Assembly (NCBI GenBank): GCA_004022145.1
Contig: RCNU01000004.1
Reading direction: 5' to 3' (one strand)
Length of the DNA stretch: 64,000 nt
Origin: Paecilomyces variotii
Taxonomy: Eukaryota
Positions 45,182 through 56,014 of the stretch are shown piece by piece. The notes beneath the pieces were generated by a model, which had not been told where the DNA came from, made no database searches, and saw only the letters and a list, made by a program, of their open reading frames with translations. The position numbers were made by a program, and so were the translations under genes. The first letter of the stretch is position 1. Each line of letters opens with the position of its first letter.

Positions 45182-47006
45182 ATGTTTGATACGCTGGTTT
45201 CCCGTGCAGCCGTTGCTGTGGGCTGCTATATCTGTTATGTTGCTGTGATCCTTATCTATCGATTCTTTTTTCATCCACTGGCGCATATCCCAGGCCCCAA
45301 ACTGGCCAAGGCGACGTACCTGTATGAATACTACTATGATCTGTATCTCGTCGGCCAGTATACCTTCAAGCTGCAGGAACTGCATAAGAAATATGGTATT
45401 TATTACTTTCCGTTCACGACATGGGCAATTTGGCTGACAACATGCTACAGGCCCAATTATCAGAATCAATCCCGATGAAATCCACATCAATGACCCTGAC
45501 TATATCGATGAAGTGTATAACATGGGCCGCGTACATAAAACGCCAAGACTCGCAGAGGTCTTCGGTCCTCACCCAGCTGTATGCTAAATGTATCGCTACG
45601 CCTCTCTTCAGCTGTCACTAATAACAACTAGATCATCTCGACGCAACCTCACGAGCTCCACCGTCTCCGAAGGAGGGCGATAAATCCCTTCTTCTCCAAG
45701 AAAGCGGTTGCTGAGTTGATTCCGGCCATCCAGAGCCCCCTTGACATCTTATGCAAGCGCCTTGATGATGCCAGTAAGACTGGAGAGACCCTGAACATGA
45801 AATATATGTACGCTGCCGTTACGATGGATATCATCCGCGACTACTGCTTTGCAAGGAAGCCCGAAAATGTTTTCAAGCCCGATTTCGGTCGCAAGGCCTT
45901 TGATGATGTCGATGGGTTCCTAGAAGCGAGCATTCTGGTGAGTCAAAGGGGAAGTAAACGTCATTTGACCATTATTAATGGAGACAGAATGTCCACATTC
46001 CTTGGTTTATGCGTATCAGCCTCTCTTTGCCGGTAAGCCTTCAAAGATCAAAGGCCCAGTGTGAAGCGCACGCTCACTCCTTGTAGAACAGTGTCAACAA
46101 GATACTTGCGCCAGCAATGGCAGATATCTTTGAATTCCGATCTGTAGGGGGCCCTTCAATGAACGTTGGACGAGGACTGAATCAGGAGCAGGAGCTCTCA
46201 CTGCAAATTGAAGCCATTCGCCATGGCGAAAACCGATCATACGAAAAAGCTGGGCACCGGACCGTGTTTCATGAGCTTCTGGAAAGCAAGCTCCCACCGG
46301 AAGAGCTGGAGCGCGATAGGCTCCGTGATGAAGCTTTCGGTCTGGTGACTGCTGGTTCTGGCACCACGTAAGGAATTGACCAGCAGTCAACCAGGGTCTT
46401 CAGCGCACACAACTAACTGATCGCAGAGCATATGTCCTTCGAGGAACGTCTTATCATATCGCAGCTAACCCTTCAATCCGTCAAAGACTATACGACGAGC
46501 TGAAAGCTGCCATGCCAGACCCTTCCCATCCGCCCTCCCCCCAGGAACTGGAACAACTTCCTTACCTATCCGCTGTGGTTCTCGAAGGTCTCCGTCTCTG
46601 CGAACCTGTCTCACATCGAAGCAATAGAGAGTTTCCAGACAAGGCTTTGAACTACCACGGTTATATAATCCCCCCAGGTACGGGGGTGGGTATGACCTCG
46701 TATTTGACCCATCACAACGAGGAGATATTCCCTGAATCGCGAGTCTTCCGACCTGAGAGATGGTTGGAAGGAGGCAAGCAACTCGAACGGTACCTCGTCT
46801 CTTTTAATCGCGGTACTCGAGCATGCTTAGGACTGAACCTTGCCCGCACGGAACTCTTTATGATCCTCGCAGCCGTGTTTAGACAATTCGACTTTGATGT
46901 GTCCGAGGTTTCGAGGAAGCGTGACATTGATGTCAGTCGAGATTTCATGCTGGCTGGACAAGCAAAGGACTCCCCAGGTATCTTGGTCAAGGTCAGGAAA
47001 TATTAG
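45182..47006 (+). CDS. Cytochrome P450 (Tri4/CYP58-like clan, by resemblance)
   Basis: TM anchor + HPLAHIPGPKLA, YGPIIRINPDEIH, AGSGTT, EGLR, PERW, heme motif FNRGTRACLG. Introns 45396-45450, 45579-45631, 45938-45987, 46033-46086, 46144-46191, 46368-46426. Confidence 0.92.
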
Positions 47007-47252
47007 TATGCACAAAAGGAAAAATTGGACTGCTTCTGGCTCTTCAGCACTAGCCACGTATAAGGCAAGGTGATTCACAGCATCAAGTCCTGTACATAGT
47101 TATACGTTCCTTCAATAGTTTTAACTGGCCAGAAGTCCATACCGTTCTAAATTATCCGTGATAACATGATCTTCAAAGCCGCATGATTGCTTCACGCTCT
47201 CTATATAAATACTATGTTCCGATAATCTCATCTTATACATAAAACCTTCTAC

Positions 47253-48224
47253 CTACCGTTGATTCATCATATCCCTGAGCACATTCATCACGCTAGCCGT
47301 CATTGGACCATGCGACAAAACTGCCCGAGCGGCCGTCACAACATCCTTCATACCCATACTCAATGACATCTCCGCCGCCCACTGCCACGGCTTCTCTTTA
47401 TCCCCAGGCAACGAATTAAAATACTCCCACCCCATCACGCCTCCAAACCCGGGAAATTCCTCCCGCAGCACCGCCAGGATAGCAGTGATCTTCTCTCTAG
47501 GAACAAACCCCTGCGACCCATTCCCCGGGTTCGTGAGCAAACCGTACACAATCTTCTGCGTCGGCCACCCTTGCGTAATCATCGCAGCATACATGCGTGG
47601 ATCTTCTGCGGGACCCCAACCATTGTAGAATTGCGTATTATACCAGCTGATCTTCGATCCTCGAGCTTGCTCGAGTTGGCGGTAATCGAACCCGGAGAGG
47701 TTACCAAAGCCCAGCAACGCAGCAGCCACGGGAGCCAGGGTGATGATGAAGCCATCCCCGAGATCGGCTTTGAGGCGGTCGATGAGACGGATGATTCCCT
47801 GAAGGGACATCTCTTCTTCCACGTCGAGGTCCAGGCCATCGAGTCCATGGCGACGGATCATGGAGAGTAGAGGCGCGTAGTATGCTTCGAATTGTTCCGG
47901 GGTGCCATCCAGACGCTGGAAACTGCCTTGAGCGGCACCACCTAGCATACCCATAACCTTGATCCCGGCCGCCTTCACTTGAGGCACTTCCTCCCAGAGC
48001 GGCGCGTATACTGGACTGTCAGGCGGGTCATCGTTCAATGTGATGTTTCCAGGCCCCGAATTGAGATGGATAGCTGCGATGATGATGTGCGTGATACCCG
48101 TGCTGTTGTGTAGCAGGGGGAGCATTGACACGTACCCGGCATCTCTGGCGCAAATGGTCTGGTGATAGCAAATGATACGCGGTCGGTTCAATGCAGTAGC
48201 CTGCGTGGGAATGATGGGTGGCAT
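47253..48224 (-). CDS. GH18 endo-beta-N-acetylglucosaminidase-type enzyme, no signal peptide
   Basis: RIICYHQT, KVMGMLGGAAQG, catalytic DGLDLDVEE, ITLAPVA, WYNTQFYNGWG, GGVMGWEYFN; pattern of fungal GH18 ENGases. Confidence 0.85.
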   Translation of the reverse strand: MPPIIPTQATALNRPRIICYHQTICARDAGYVSMLPLLHNSTGITHIIIAAIHLNSGPGNITLNDDPPDSPVYAPLWEEVPQVKAAGIKVMGMLGGAAQGSFQRLDGTPEQFEAYYAPLLSMIRRHGLDGLDLDVEEEMSLQGIIRLIDRLKADLGDGFIITLAPVAAALLGFGNLSGFDYRQLEQARGSKISWYNTQFYNGWGPAEDPRMYAAMITQGWPTQKIVYGLLTNPGNGSQGFVPREKITAILAVLREEFPGFGGVMGWEYFNSLPGDKEKPWQWAAEMSLSMGMKDVVTAARAVLSHGPMTASVMNVLRDMMNQR

Positions 48225-49111
48225 GTTTCTTGAGGCTAGGTATCTAGTAATATCGGGCAAGAGAGTGGTTTCGAATTGTTTGGTTTCCTTATTGTTCTCA
48301 TGGGCCTGGTCCCGTTTCCCATATATTCAGACACGCAGATACACAGCAAGTATCTTCGTTGTAGTTTTCTTGCTGTTTGTTTATATCACCAACCCCATGA
48401 TAGGTCTCACTATCAGGACTGCCGTAACTGACAGATAAAGGCTCCCGATTACCAAATCCGATGCGGGCGATGTCTAGAAAGGATCGATGGCCTAGGAGAC
48501 AAATAGCGACAAGAATTGGCTTTACTGAAAAGAAAGAGAAGATCTGTACAGTCCAATGAATCGCGAATCGGCTTAAGATGTATTCTCTACCGGATCTCAC
48601 CCCCACAGTCGGTGGGCTGTTGATGACTAATCGGTTGTTGTCTTGGCAGGTCAAATTAACTATATATTGTGAGTTAAACAGCATTCATATCGTCGCATAA
48701 AAAAAAAAGAAAAAAGACAGATGGGAAACAGTTGAGGCTGTTTGAAGCCGTCATTTTGTTTTGGTGGGATCCAGTCACTTTGGTAAGCTTCGAAAGCAAG
48801 GATATAATGCTTGATCGCCAATAATTCGGAAATGTGCCCTGTCAGCCAAGGCAAATTAGATTAGATTCGACTAAGTATAGCATGTTCGTGTACGCGCCAT
48901 ATAGGGACATCGCCGCAACAACAATCATGACTAACCAGACCAAACGCAGAATGAACCCAGAGTCTCGCAAAAAAAAAGTCTACTCGAAGCCTCAAAAACT
49001 TATATCGCCACAAACCCCTTGCTCGTGTATGGTTCAGTCCGTATCAGAGGAAATAAAAGGATAGCTCTGGACAAAAGAAATAAGAATATCACAGGCTCTC
49101 CATCGATCTCT

Positions 49112-50247
49112 TTACCAAGCAGTGTGACCACCATCAATTACCAGATGACCACCTGTCATGAAGCTGCTGGCGTCCGAAAGCATGAAGATCGTTGCCCCCG
49201 TGAACTCCTCTGGCGTGGCCAGTCGGTTGAGCATGTTTTCCCGCTCCCATGTCTCCTGCAGACCGGGAACCTCCTCGAAGTTTTTCTGGACCATGGGTGT
49301 GATGATGTGGCCGGGACATAGGGAATTGACGCGGATTCCAAATTTGGCCCATTCCATGGCTAAGTTGCGAGACAGCTGAATAACCGCTGCCTTGGATGAG
49401 TTGTAGACAGGCGAGTTAAGACCCTTGTTGGCGATAAATCCGGACATCGAGGCCACAAGAACTATTGAACCAGGACTCTCGAATCTTATCATCTGCCGTG
49501 CTACCGCGTTCGCCGACATGAAGACTCCAGTATAATTGACATCAAGCATCTCTGTCACATCTGCACATGTATAGTTGACTGCTTCTTTGATCTGCTGCAC
49601 GCCTGCTGCTGCGACAAGCCCGTTCATTTGGCGCCGTCGCTCTGCGATAGAGGCCACGACCCTGTTTAGTATCTCCATATCTCGTACATCGACGTGGTGA
49701 TAATGTAGCTCCCCCTTATGTTTCTGCTCCTTACTCCATTCCTGGGAAGCAGTAAATTCAGGGTCTGGCTCGACCAATCGGTCTAAGCAGTGCACTGTTC
49801 CATGTACTTTGATTAGTTCTATGTTCTAATCGAATCATGTCTTTCGATAATAATAACAAAAGGTACCGCCGGAAGCTTTTGAGGAGACATACCTTCAGCG
49901 CCTGCCTGTACCATGGCTTCTGCAATCATGAGTCCTAACCCTCGACCACCACCGGTTACCACATACACTTTATTCTGAAGACTAAAGTCAGGATACGCGC
50001 TTCTTGGAACCGGTTCCTTGCGCGATTCCTGGCTGCCATCCAGTATTGGTTTGGTTGGAGTCCGCAATGACACCGCTTTTGAAAAGGTCATTGGTTTGAT
50101 GCTGCCCATCCCGTGGACTGCTGTCGGGAATGCAGCGCGGTGCGCACTACCTGACTTCCAGGCCACAGCCGTGGAATCAGGACATACTCGCGCGCATTTT
50201 GTGAGAAGCCCTCGACCTGTGCGGATTGCTGAAGATGAAAGTGCCAT
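49112..50247 (-). CDS. Short-chain dehydrogenase/reductase (D-arabinitol/sorbose dehydrogenase-like) with mitochondrial-type presequence
   Basis: TGGGRGLG, ASMSG, YNSSK, RVNSLCPG, VIDGG. Intron 49892-49795. N-terminus MALSSSAIRTGRGLLTKCAR is basic and hydroxylated. Confidence 0.9.
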
Positions 50248-51747
50248 GGTGTAGCAGCCTCAGCGCGGTTCGCTTTCTGTGTATTTGATGCCTTTTACTT
50301 GTGTAAACCAGTTGATTTCCTTCCTTTCAGTCTGGTACCAGGGGACGTGGTAGGAGGTCCTCGTGGGTTTTGTATCGTCCTCAAATTCTACGATGCTGAG
50401 CAGCCGGCCTATCAGGTCCCACCAGACCACGCGAAATGAAGTTCATCGTGAGACTGGACATGCCCATTCTCCTATGGCGACAGTGTCTGATACGACGGCT
50501 TTGCTGACCGACCTACGAATCCTGGTAAGCTGTCCCTGCTCTCGACGGGTCTGAGCCTTGGAAGAAGTCGCTGCCAAGCCTCTTAGATCGGAGCTGTGAA
50601 GTAGATCGGATGATGCTGAGCTCTGGCACCGGAGAATGAGCGCCTGTTGATGGGCGGATCGAACTTACTGTTCGAATGTTCCGTGGACAATGTATCTTGG
50701 TCCAGTCTGACATCACCCGCCTGGACTTTCGTGTTGCATCCTGTGGCGTCGCTATCAGGGACGTCTAGACTCCTTGCCAACTGCCATGCGATATCTCTTG
50801 CCAACGCTGTTAACTGGAGAGGACTCGAAAGACTATGTGTTGGCCATGGCAGCTAAACGAGATTGGCGATGGCCTTACTTAGTCTAGGCCTCCCCGTGCC
50901 AGTAGCACCAAAATAACAGCAACTACACATATACTGATATCCTTTCTGGGCATACGTAACGTATGCCGCAAATAACAGTGGGTCCTATATCATAAAAATC
51001 GAATGTGAGCTGCTGAAGTCTTTGCATGCGATGGCAAAGGCCCCAGTATCAATCCATCTCGTGTTTGCGACTGAGTTCACGGGATGATGTCAACTCGCGA
51101 TATCTGATCAGCCCTACAGTCAAGACCTAAATTGAGCCTAAATCGACACCGATAGACTGTTCCACTAACTAGGGCCATTGCAGGGCCTCTTTCATACATT
51201 GTAGATCGTCCGCGGAGAGGTAAATATTGTGCAAATTTCTGCTATCTCGTCTCCAGTACTCCTTGTCTGGACTGATGAAATAACTGCGCCATAGGACGTA
51301 ACCAGGTATTATAGACAGAATACCTATCGTGGGGTTGTCAGCTTGTCACTCTTGTCGATGTATTTCTGCGATTTCCGGTATCAATGCTTTTCCGTGGCAT
51401 CATATATAGATCATCCCGTGCCTGAGCCATTGGCGAAACCAATCTTGGAAAATGGGTAGCGGGATTCACTTCCCCACGAATAATAGACGCTAGCCACAGG
51501 CCCCATCTAGGGCTTCCAGAGAGCATCTATCGCCATGGGTGCGAACTGCGAAGGACATTCGGCGTACTCGAGTAGTTCATGTCCCTGGCAGTCGCCTCAT
51601 TGCTGCGCGGCAAAAACTGATGACAGGATAGTGACATGAAGACCCAAAGATTGTTCGTATATAGTTCAGTAATAGTAAAATAGATCTGCTTTTGCATCTA
51701 ATGTCTCTGCTGAATATTCCACTATAATTCTCGACGAACAAGCTCCG

Positions 51748-52198
51748 ATGATGGCGCTTCGTCTCTCTCGCGTGTATCATTTTCGCCTAGCTCGACAAGC
51801 TCCGGTGGCTGCCATGCGCAGCATGAGCTCTCCCTCGAATCATCCCAACCCAGGTAACTTCGCCAATCGACCCCGAGAGCAGCTCTCCGAAATTGGTCGC
51901 AAAGGAGGGTCCAAGGGTGGAAAGGCCACCGGCGTGGGTGGATTTCATAACATGGATCCGGAAAAACAGGCATGATCTGAAAACGTCCTTGCTTCAGCAA
52001 TGAGATCCGCTGTACTAACTTGGATCGATCGATGTATAGCATGCAATTGCGTCTAAGGGCGGACGTGCGTCGAGAGGATCATTTGAGAAAGGTAGCGAAC
52101 GAGCGCGGGAAGCCGGTCGTAAAGGTGGTCGTGCTCGGGGAGGCTCTGCGTCGTCCTCAACCTCATCCACATCCTATGGCGAGGAGTTTACAATATAG
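51748..52198 (+). CDS. Con-10-like conidiation/stress protein (KGG repeats), 126 aa
   Basis: NPGNFANRPREQLSEIGRKGG...GGFHNMDPEKQ|HAIASKGG..GSFEKGSERAREAGRKGG. GC-AG intron 51970-52039 with TACTAAC branch site. Confidence 0.9.
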
Positions 52199-52753
52199 GA
52201 AGACACAAATAATGATGACTTGAGATGCTGTAATGATAATGTTTCCCTGGTGAACACCGTGTCTTGGGCGCGTTATTCACAGGCACGGAGCTTAGGTACT
52301 GGGGACATCAGGTACAAGTAATCCCGTTAAGCACCGCCCAGCCTCAGGTGTAGAGTCATCCATGATACATAGAAAGTCCACGACCATAGCGCAGAATTAG
52401 AATCACTAGTGAACTAGTGGGGAGATCATCACGATCTTGAACTTTTTCAATAAGATCAATTTAATTCTACTCTAAAGCCGGGGCTGAGACCCAACCACAC
52501 TAACCAGAACGGGAGCGCCATAAACAACTCACTCCAAGACTTGAGATCCCCATCGATCTTCACCATCATTAAGACCTCATTTGAGGTGAATTCCCTGCCG
52601 CTTCTCTTCGTTATTTTTTGGTGGCATGTGTGCTTCGTTCATATCGTTCCAATGAGTGGACATCAGCTATCTTGAACAGCTCAGCTATCTCATCCTATCC
52701 GTACAACACACCGTCGCGTCCGGTCGGACATCGCAGACGCGTGCAACGACACC

Positions 52754-55189
52754 ATGGCCGGACCAGGTTACAGCTCACCCTTCCCCACGACCCACGATAC
52801 CATCGGGGCTTCCACTCTGGCAGCTACCCCTGGCTATATGCCTTCCTCACCGCCGCAATCTAATCACGACTCGGACGACGCCGTGAGCCATCTGAGGAAC
52901 TCCGTTTCCGAACAAGTCGCGGCGCAGAGATCGGGCGACCGACGAAGCGACAGATCCAGAAGCTCGTCACCATCGTCGCAAGCCTCGTCTTTTGACAGTC
53001 GCGACAATCTCGAAGCGCGACTCGCGGACTATACGCTAGATCTCAGCAGGTTCTCTGGTGAGGAGTTTGGTCTAGACGAACGAGATGACGACCGATTGCC
53101 GGATCTGAGCGCAGAAAAGGAGGAGAAGCTGTCGGATATCGGCGGACCGGAGGATTTCACAGAGCACATGGAGAGATATCTTTGGGGCGATGGCCTTTCA
53201 TCGGACGACAAGAAGAACGGCAACAAGCCTAAGGAGGAGGGGGAACGTCTCGAATCCTTGGTGGAAGACGAAGAAGGGGAACTGGGCGAATATAGCGAAT
53301 TCGGTCCACCCGTCGATATGTCAACACCTTCACAATTTCTACGGAGGAACCCACATACCAGTAGAGAAATGACGCAATTGGAAGGCATTGAAGAGAGTCC
53401 CCCGCAGAGTCCTCGCGGAGAGGCATCACCATCCGCGCGCAGGCAGAAGGATGCTTCTCCGGAAGATGACTCCGGCGATCTGCGCCGCCAGATTGAGCAA
53501 CTTAAGGAACAACTTAGAGAAAGAGATGAGCAGCTACAACAAGCAGAGAGGACAAAGGCTCTCGAGGCAGAAGCAGCAGCGGAGCAGGCCACCCATCTTC
53601 AAGAGGAGCTGAGCCGGAAAGCTGCACTATTAGAAGAGGCGCATGAGAAGCATCAGAGAGAAGAGGCTGCGCTTCATGAGCAGATCGAATCGTTACAAAG
53701 GCAGAATAGCGAGAAGGAACTCTCCTTACAGAACTCCAAGTCTGACATGTTGAGACTCGAAGCCCTTCAGCAGCAGGTCGAGACGCTGCAGGCGGAGCTG
53801 AAGGGACGGGATGAGTCACTGGCGGAGAAAGAGGAGAATAACGGGACCATCGACTCCTTGAAGGCGGAGTTGGAAGTTGCCCGGGAGGAGATCAAGAAGA
53901 GGGACGAGGCGCTCGAAAGCAGCATCTCGAAGCTTAATGAAGTTACCACAGCAAAGGACCGGCAACTCCAGGAGAAGAATACTGAAATAGAAACACTCAA
54001 GGCTCAGATTAGTGACCGGGATCTCGAGATCGAGAAACTCGAGGATGAACTGGATGCTGCGAACGATGAATCCGAGGCGTTGGAAAAGAAGATAGCTTCC
54101 CTGGAGAGTAAAAACAAGCCTTTGGAAGAGAAGAATACCGCGCTCGAAACTGAGCTGGGAGATGTGCGGTCCCAACTTACTGCACAGGAAGATGCTCTCA
54201 AAGCTGTCGCTAGTGATATCTCGGTTCACAGCGAAGGGAAAACGGAAGGAAGGACAGAAGGAAAGACGTTTACAGATATTCTGGATGTCATCAAAGGTGC
54301 GTTTCTAACAGAGATGGCGTTACCTACGACCTTACCGACAAGCAGAACAGATCTGGAAGAAGAGGCCGAAAACCTGCGGAAACAGCTTACGGAATCCCAA
54401 AAACAATCAAAGGAGGCTGCATCCACGAAGGAGACTCTCGAAGCTCAACTGAAGCGCTCCGAGGAACAATTATCTGAATCGCAAGGACTCATCACCACCA
54501 TCGAAGCCGAGAATAGCCGCCTGACCTCTCGAGTCGACGAGCTTACCTCCAGTCTCCAAAAGCTCCAAGGCGAGTCGCACGACATCAAAGAGCAGCATGC
54601 CCAATTACTGGAAACTATCGACCGCATGCGCAAAGAGAAGGAAGCTCAACAGCCTGCTGGCCCGCCTTCCCCGCCATTCGAGTCTGCTCCAGATCTCGCT
54701 GTCATCACAGAAGCCCACCAAGCACAGCTTAAGAGCCTGCAGACTGCGCACGCAACTGCTATTTCCACCTTGCGCAGCTCCCATGCAGAGTCGCTCCGCA
54801 AACTCCGCAATCAACTCACGGCCGCAGAGACACGCGAGTCGGAACTAAAATCCGAACTGGATCGTCTTCGCTCCTTCGACTCAGAGCAGAGATCCGAAGT
54901 GGAAGACCTTTATGCCGAAATTGAAAGACTCGAATCGATCATAACTGCCAAAGAAGAGGCGGCAGCAGCACTGGACCTGCGAATCGCCAAGTCCGTCGAG
55001 AAGCGCGAGAAGGAATGGGAACGCAGAATAGATCTGCTATTGAAGGAACGGGAGAAGATGAGCAAAGCACTCCTGTGGGCCTGGGGAGAGAAAGAAGTCG
55101 GCGATTCCGTCAAAGATAACGGTGACGAGAACCGTAAGGGACCCCGGCAGGGATACCGGTATAAGTACGTTGTGAGGGGATCAAAGTAA
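52754..55189 (+). CDS. snaD: Long acidic coiled-coil protein, probably spindle-pole-body-associated SnaD-like
   Basis: 811-aa intronless ORF with extensive heptads; GGPEDFTEHMERYL and C-terminal EWERRIDLLLKEREKMSKALLWAWGEKEVG..QGYRYKY. Coding status is strong; the name is from recalled resemblance only. Confidence 0.6.
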   Translation: MAGPGYSSPFPTTHDTIGASTLAATPGYMPSSPPQSNHDSDDAVSHLRNSVSEQVAAQRSGDRRSDRSRSSSPSSQASSFDSRDNLEARLADYTLDLSRFSGEEFGLDERDDDRLPDLSAEKEEKLSDIGGPEDFTEHMERYLWGDGLSSDDKKNGNKPKEEGERLESLVEDEEGELGEYSEFGPPVDMSTPSQFLRRNPHTSREMTQLEGIEESPPQSPRGEASPSARRQKDASPEDDSGDLRRQIEQLKEQLRERDEQLQQAERTKALEAEAAAEQATHLQEELSRKAALLEEAHEKHQREEAALHEQIESLQRQNSEKELSLQNSKSDMLRLEALQQQVETLQAELKGRDESLAEKEENNGTIDSLKAELEVAREEIKKRDEALESSISKLNEVTTAKDRQLQEKNTEIETLKAQISDRDLEIEKLEDELDAANDESEALEKKIASLESKNKPLEEKNTALETELGDVRSQLTAQEDALKAVASDISVHSEGKTEGRTEGKTFTDILDVIKGAFLTEMALPTTLPTSRTDLEEEAENLRKQLTESQKQSKEAASTKETLEAQLKRSEEQLSESQGLITTIEAENSRLTSRVDELTSSLQKLQGESHDIKEQHAQLLETIDRMRKEKEAQQPAGPPSPPFESAPDLAVITEAHQAQLKSLQTAHATAISTLRSSHAESLRKLRNQLTAAETRESELKSELDRLRSFDSEQRSEVEDLYAEIERLESIITAKEEAAAALDLRIAKSVEKREKEWERRIDLLLKEREKMSKALLWAWGEKEVGDSVKDNGDENRKGPRQGYRYKYVVRGSK

Positions 55190-56014
55190 AGGAAAGGTCC
55201 TACGATAATCCCTTCCTTAACAAAGAGACTGTTATTATTCATCCATATCCATACGGTGTGCTGGGGCTTTTTTTTGAATCTGGTTTTGAAATATTTGCAC
55301 GCATTTAAGGCTGGGGCAGGTTGCATATGGTTAGGGGAAGGGATACGGCGCTTTCGTTGTCTTTTCATTTGAGGGAGTCGAGAAACTGGTGATGGGGGCA
55401 GCATAGTTAACAATACTATTATTAGGAAGAATGAGAAGCCTTTAGAATATTATGTTTTGCAATCCAGAACTGTCAACTCCGAGTAGAGATCTCGCGTGTG
55501 GATCTCAACCTCGACGTATTGTTAGTATGAGCCGTACTACTTAGTCTTAATGACAGACTATCACCGAAATCGCTCAAGGAGACCGCCTTATTAAATGGAC
55601 AAATTATTAAAAGAACGAGATTTTGTCACGAACGCAAGACGGTATGGTATCATTATCCTCCCTATTCTCAATAATAAAAAATATAATCTGATCAAATAGG
55701 AAAAAGGGAAAAAAAAAAAAGGATCACAGACAGAACGCTTAAAGAAGACCAAGTACAGCTTCCAAATCTTTTTAGTGAAAAGTCATACATCTCATCGCAT
55801 TACATCCGAGGCGCGTCAGATAAGAGATCGGAACGAGAACCGGGACCAGGTAGGAGGTCTCCCGACCCTTCTGTTTCGGTGATCTCTGAGTGTCTGAGAC
55901 CGTATAAATGGAAGATCATTACAATGTTGATAAGGACTGATGGGGTACTGGGTATATTTAACGCGAATCAGAGGCTTGACTCATAGGAAAGGTGCCTCTA
56001 GGAAGGTTCAGTGT

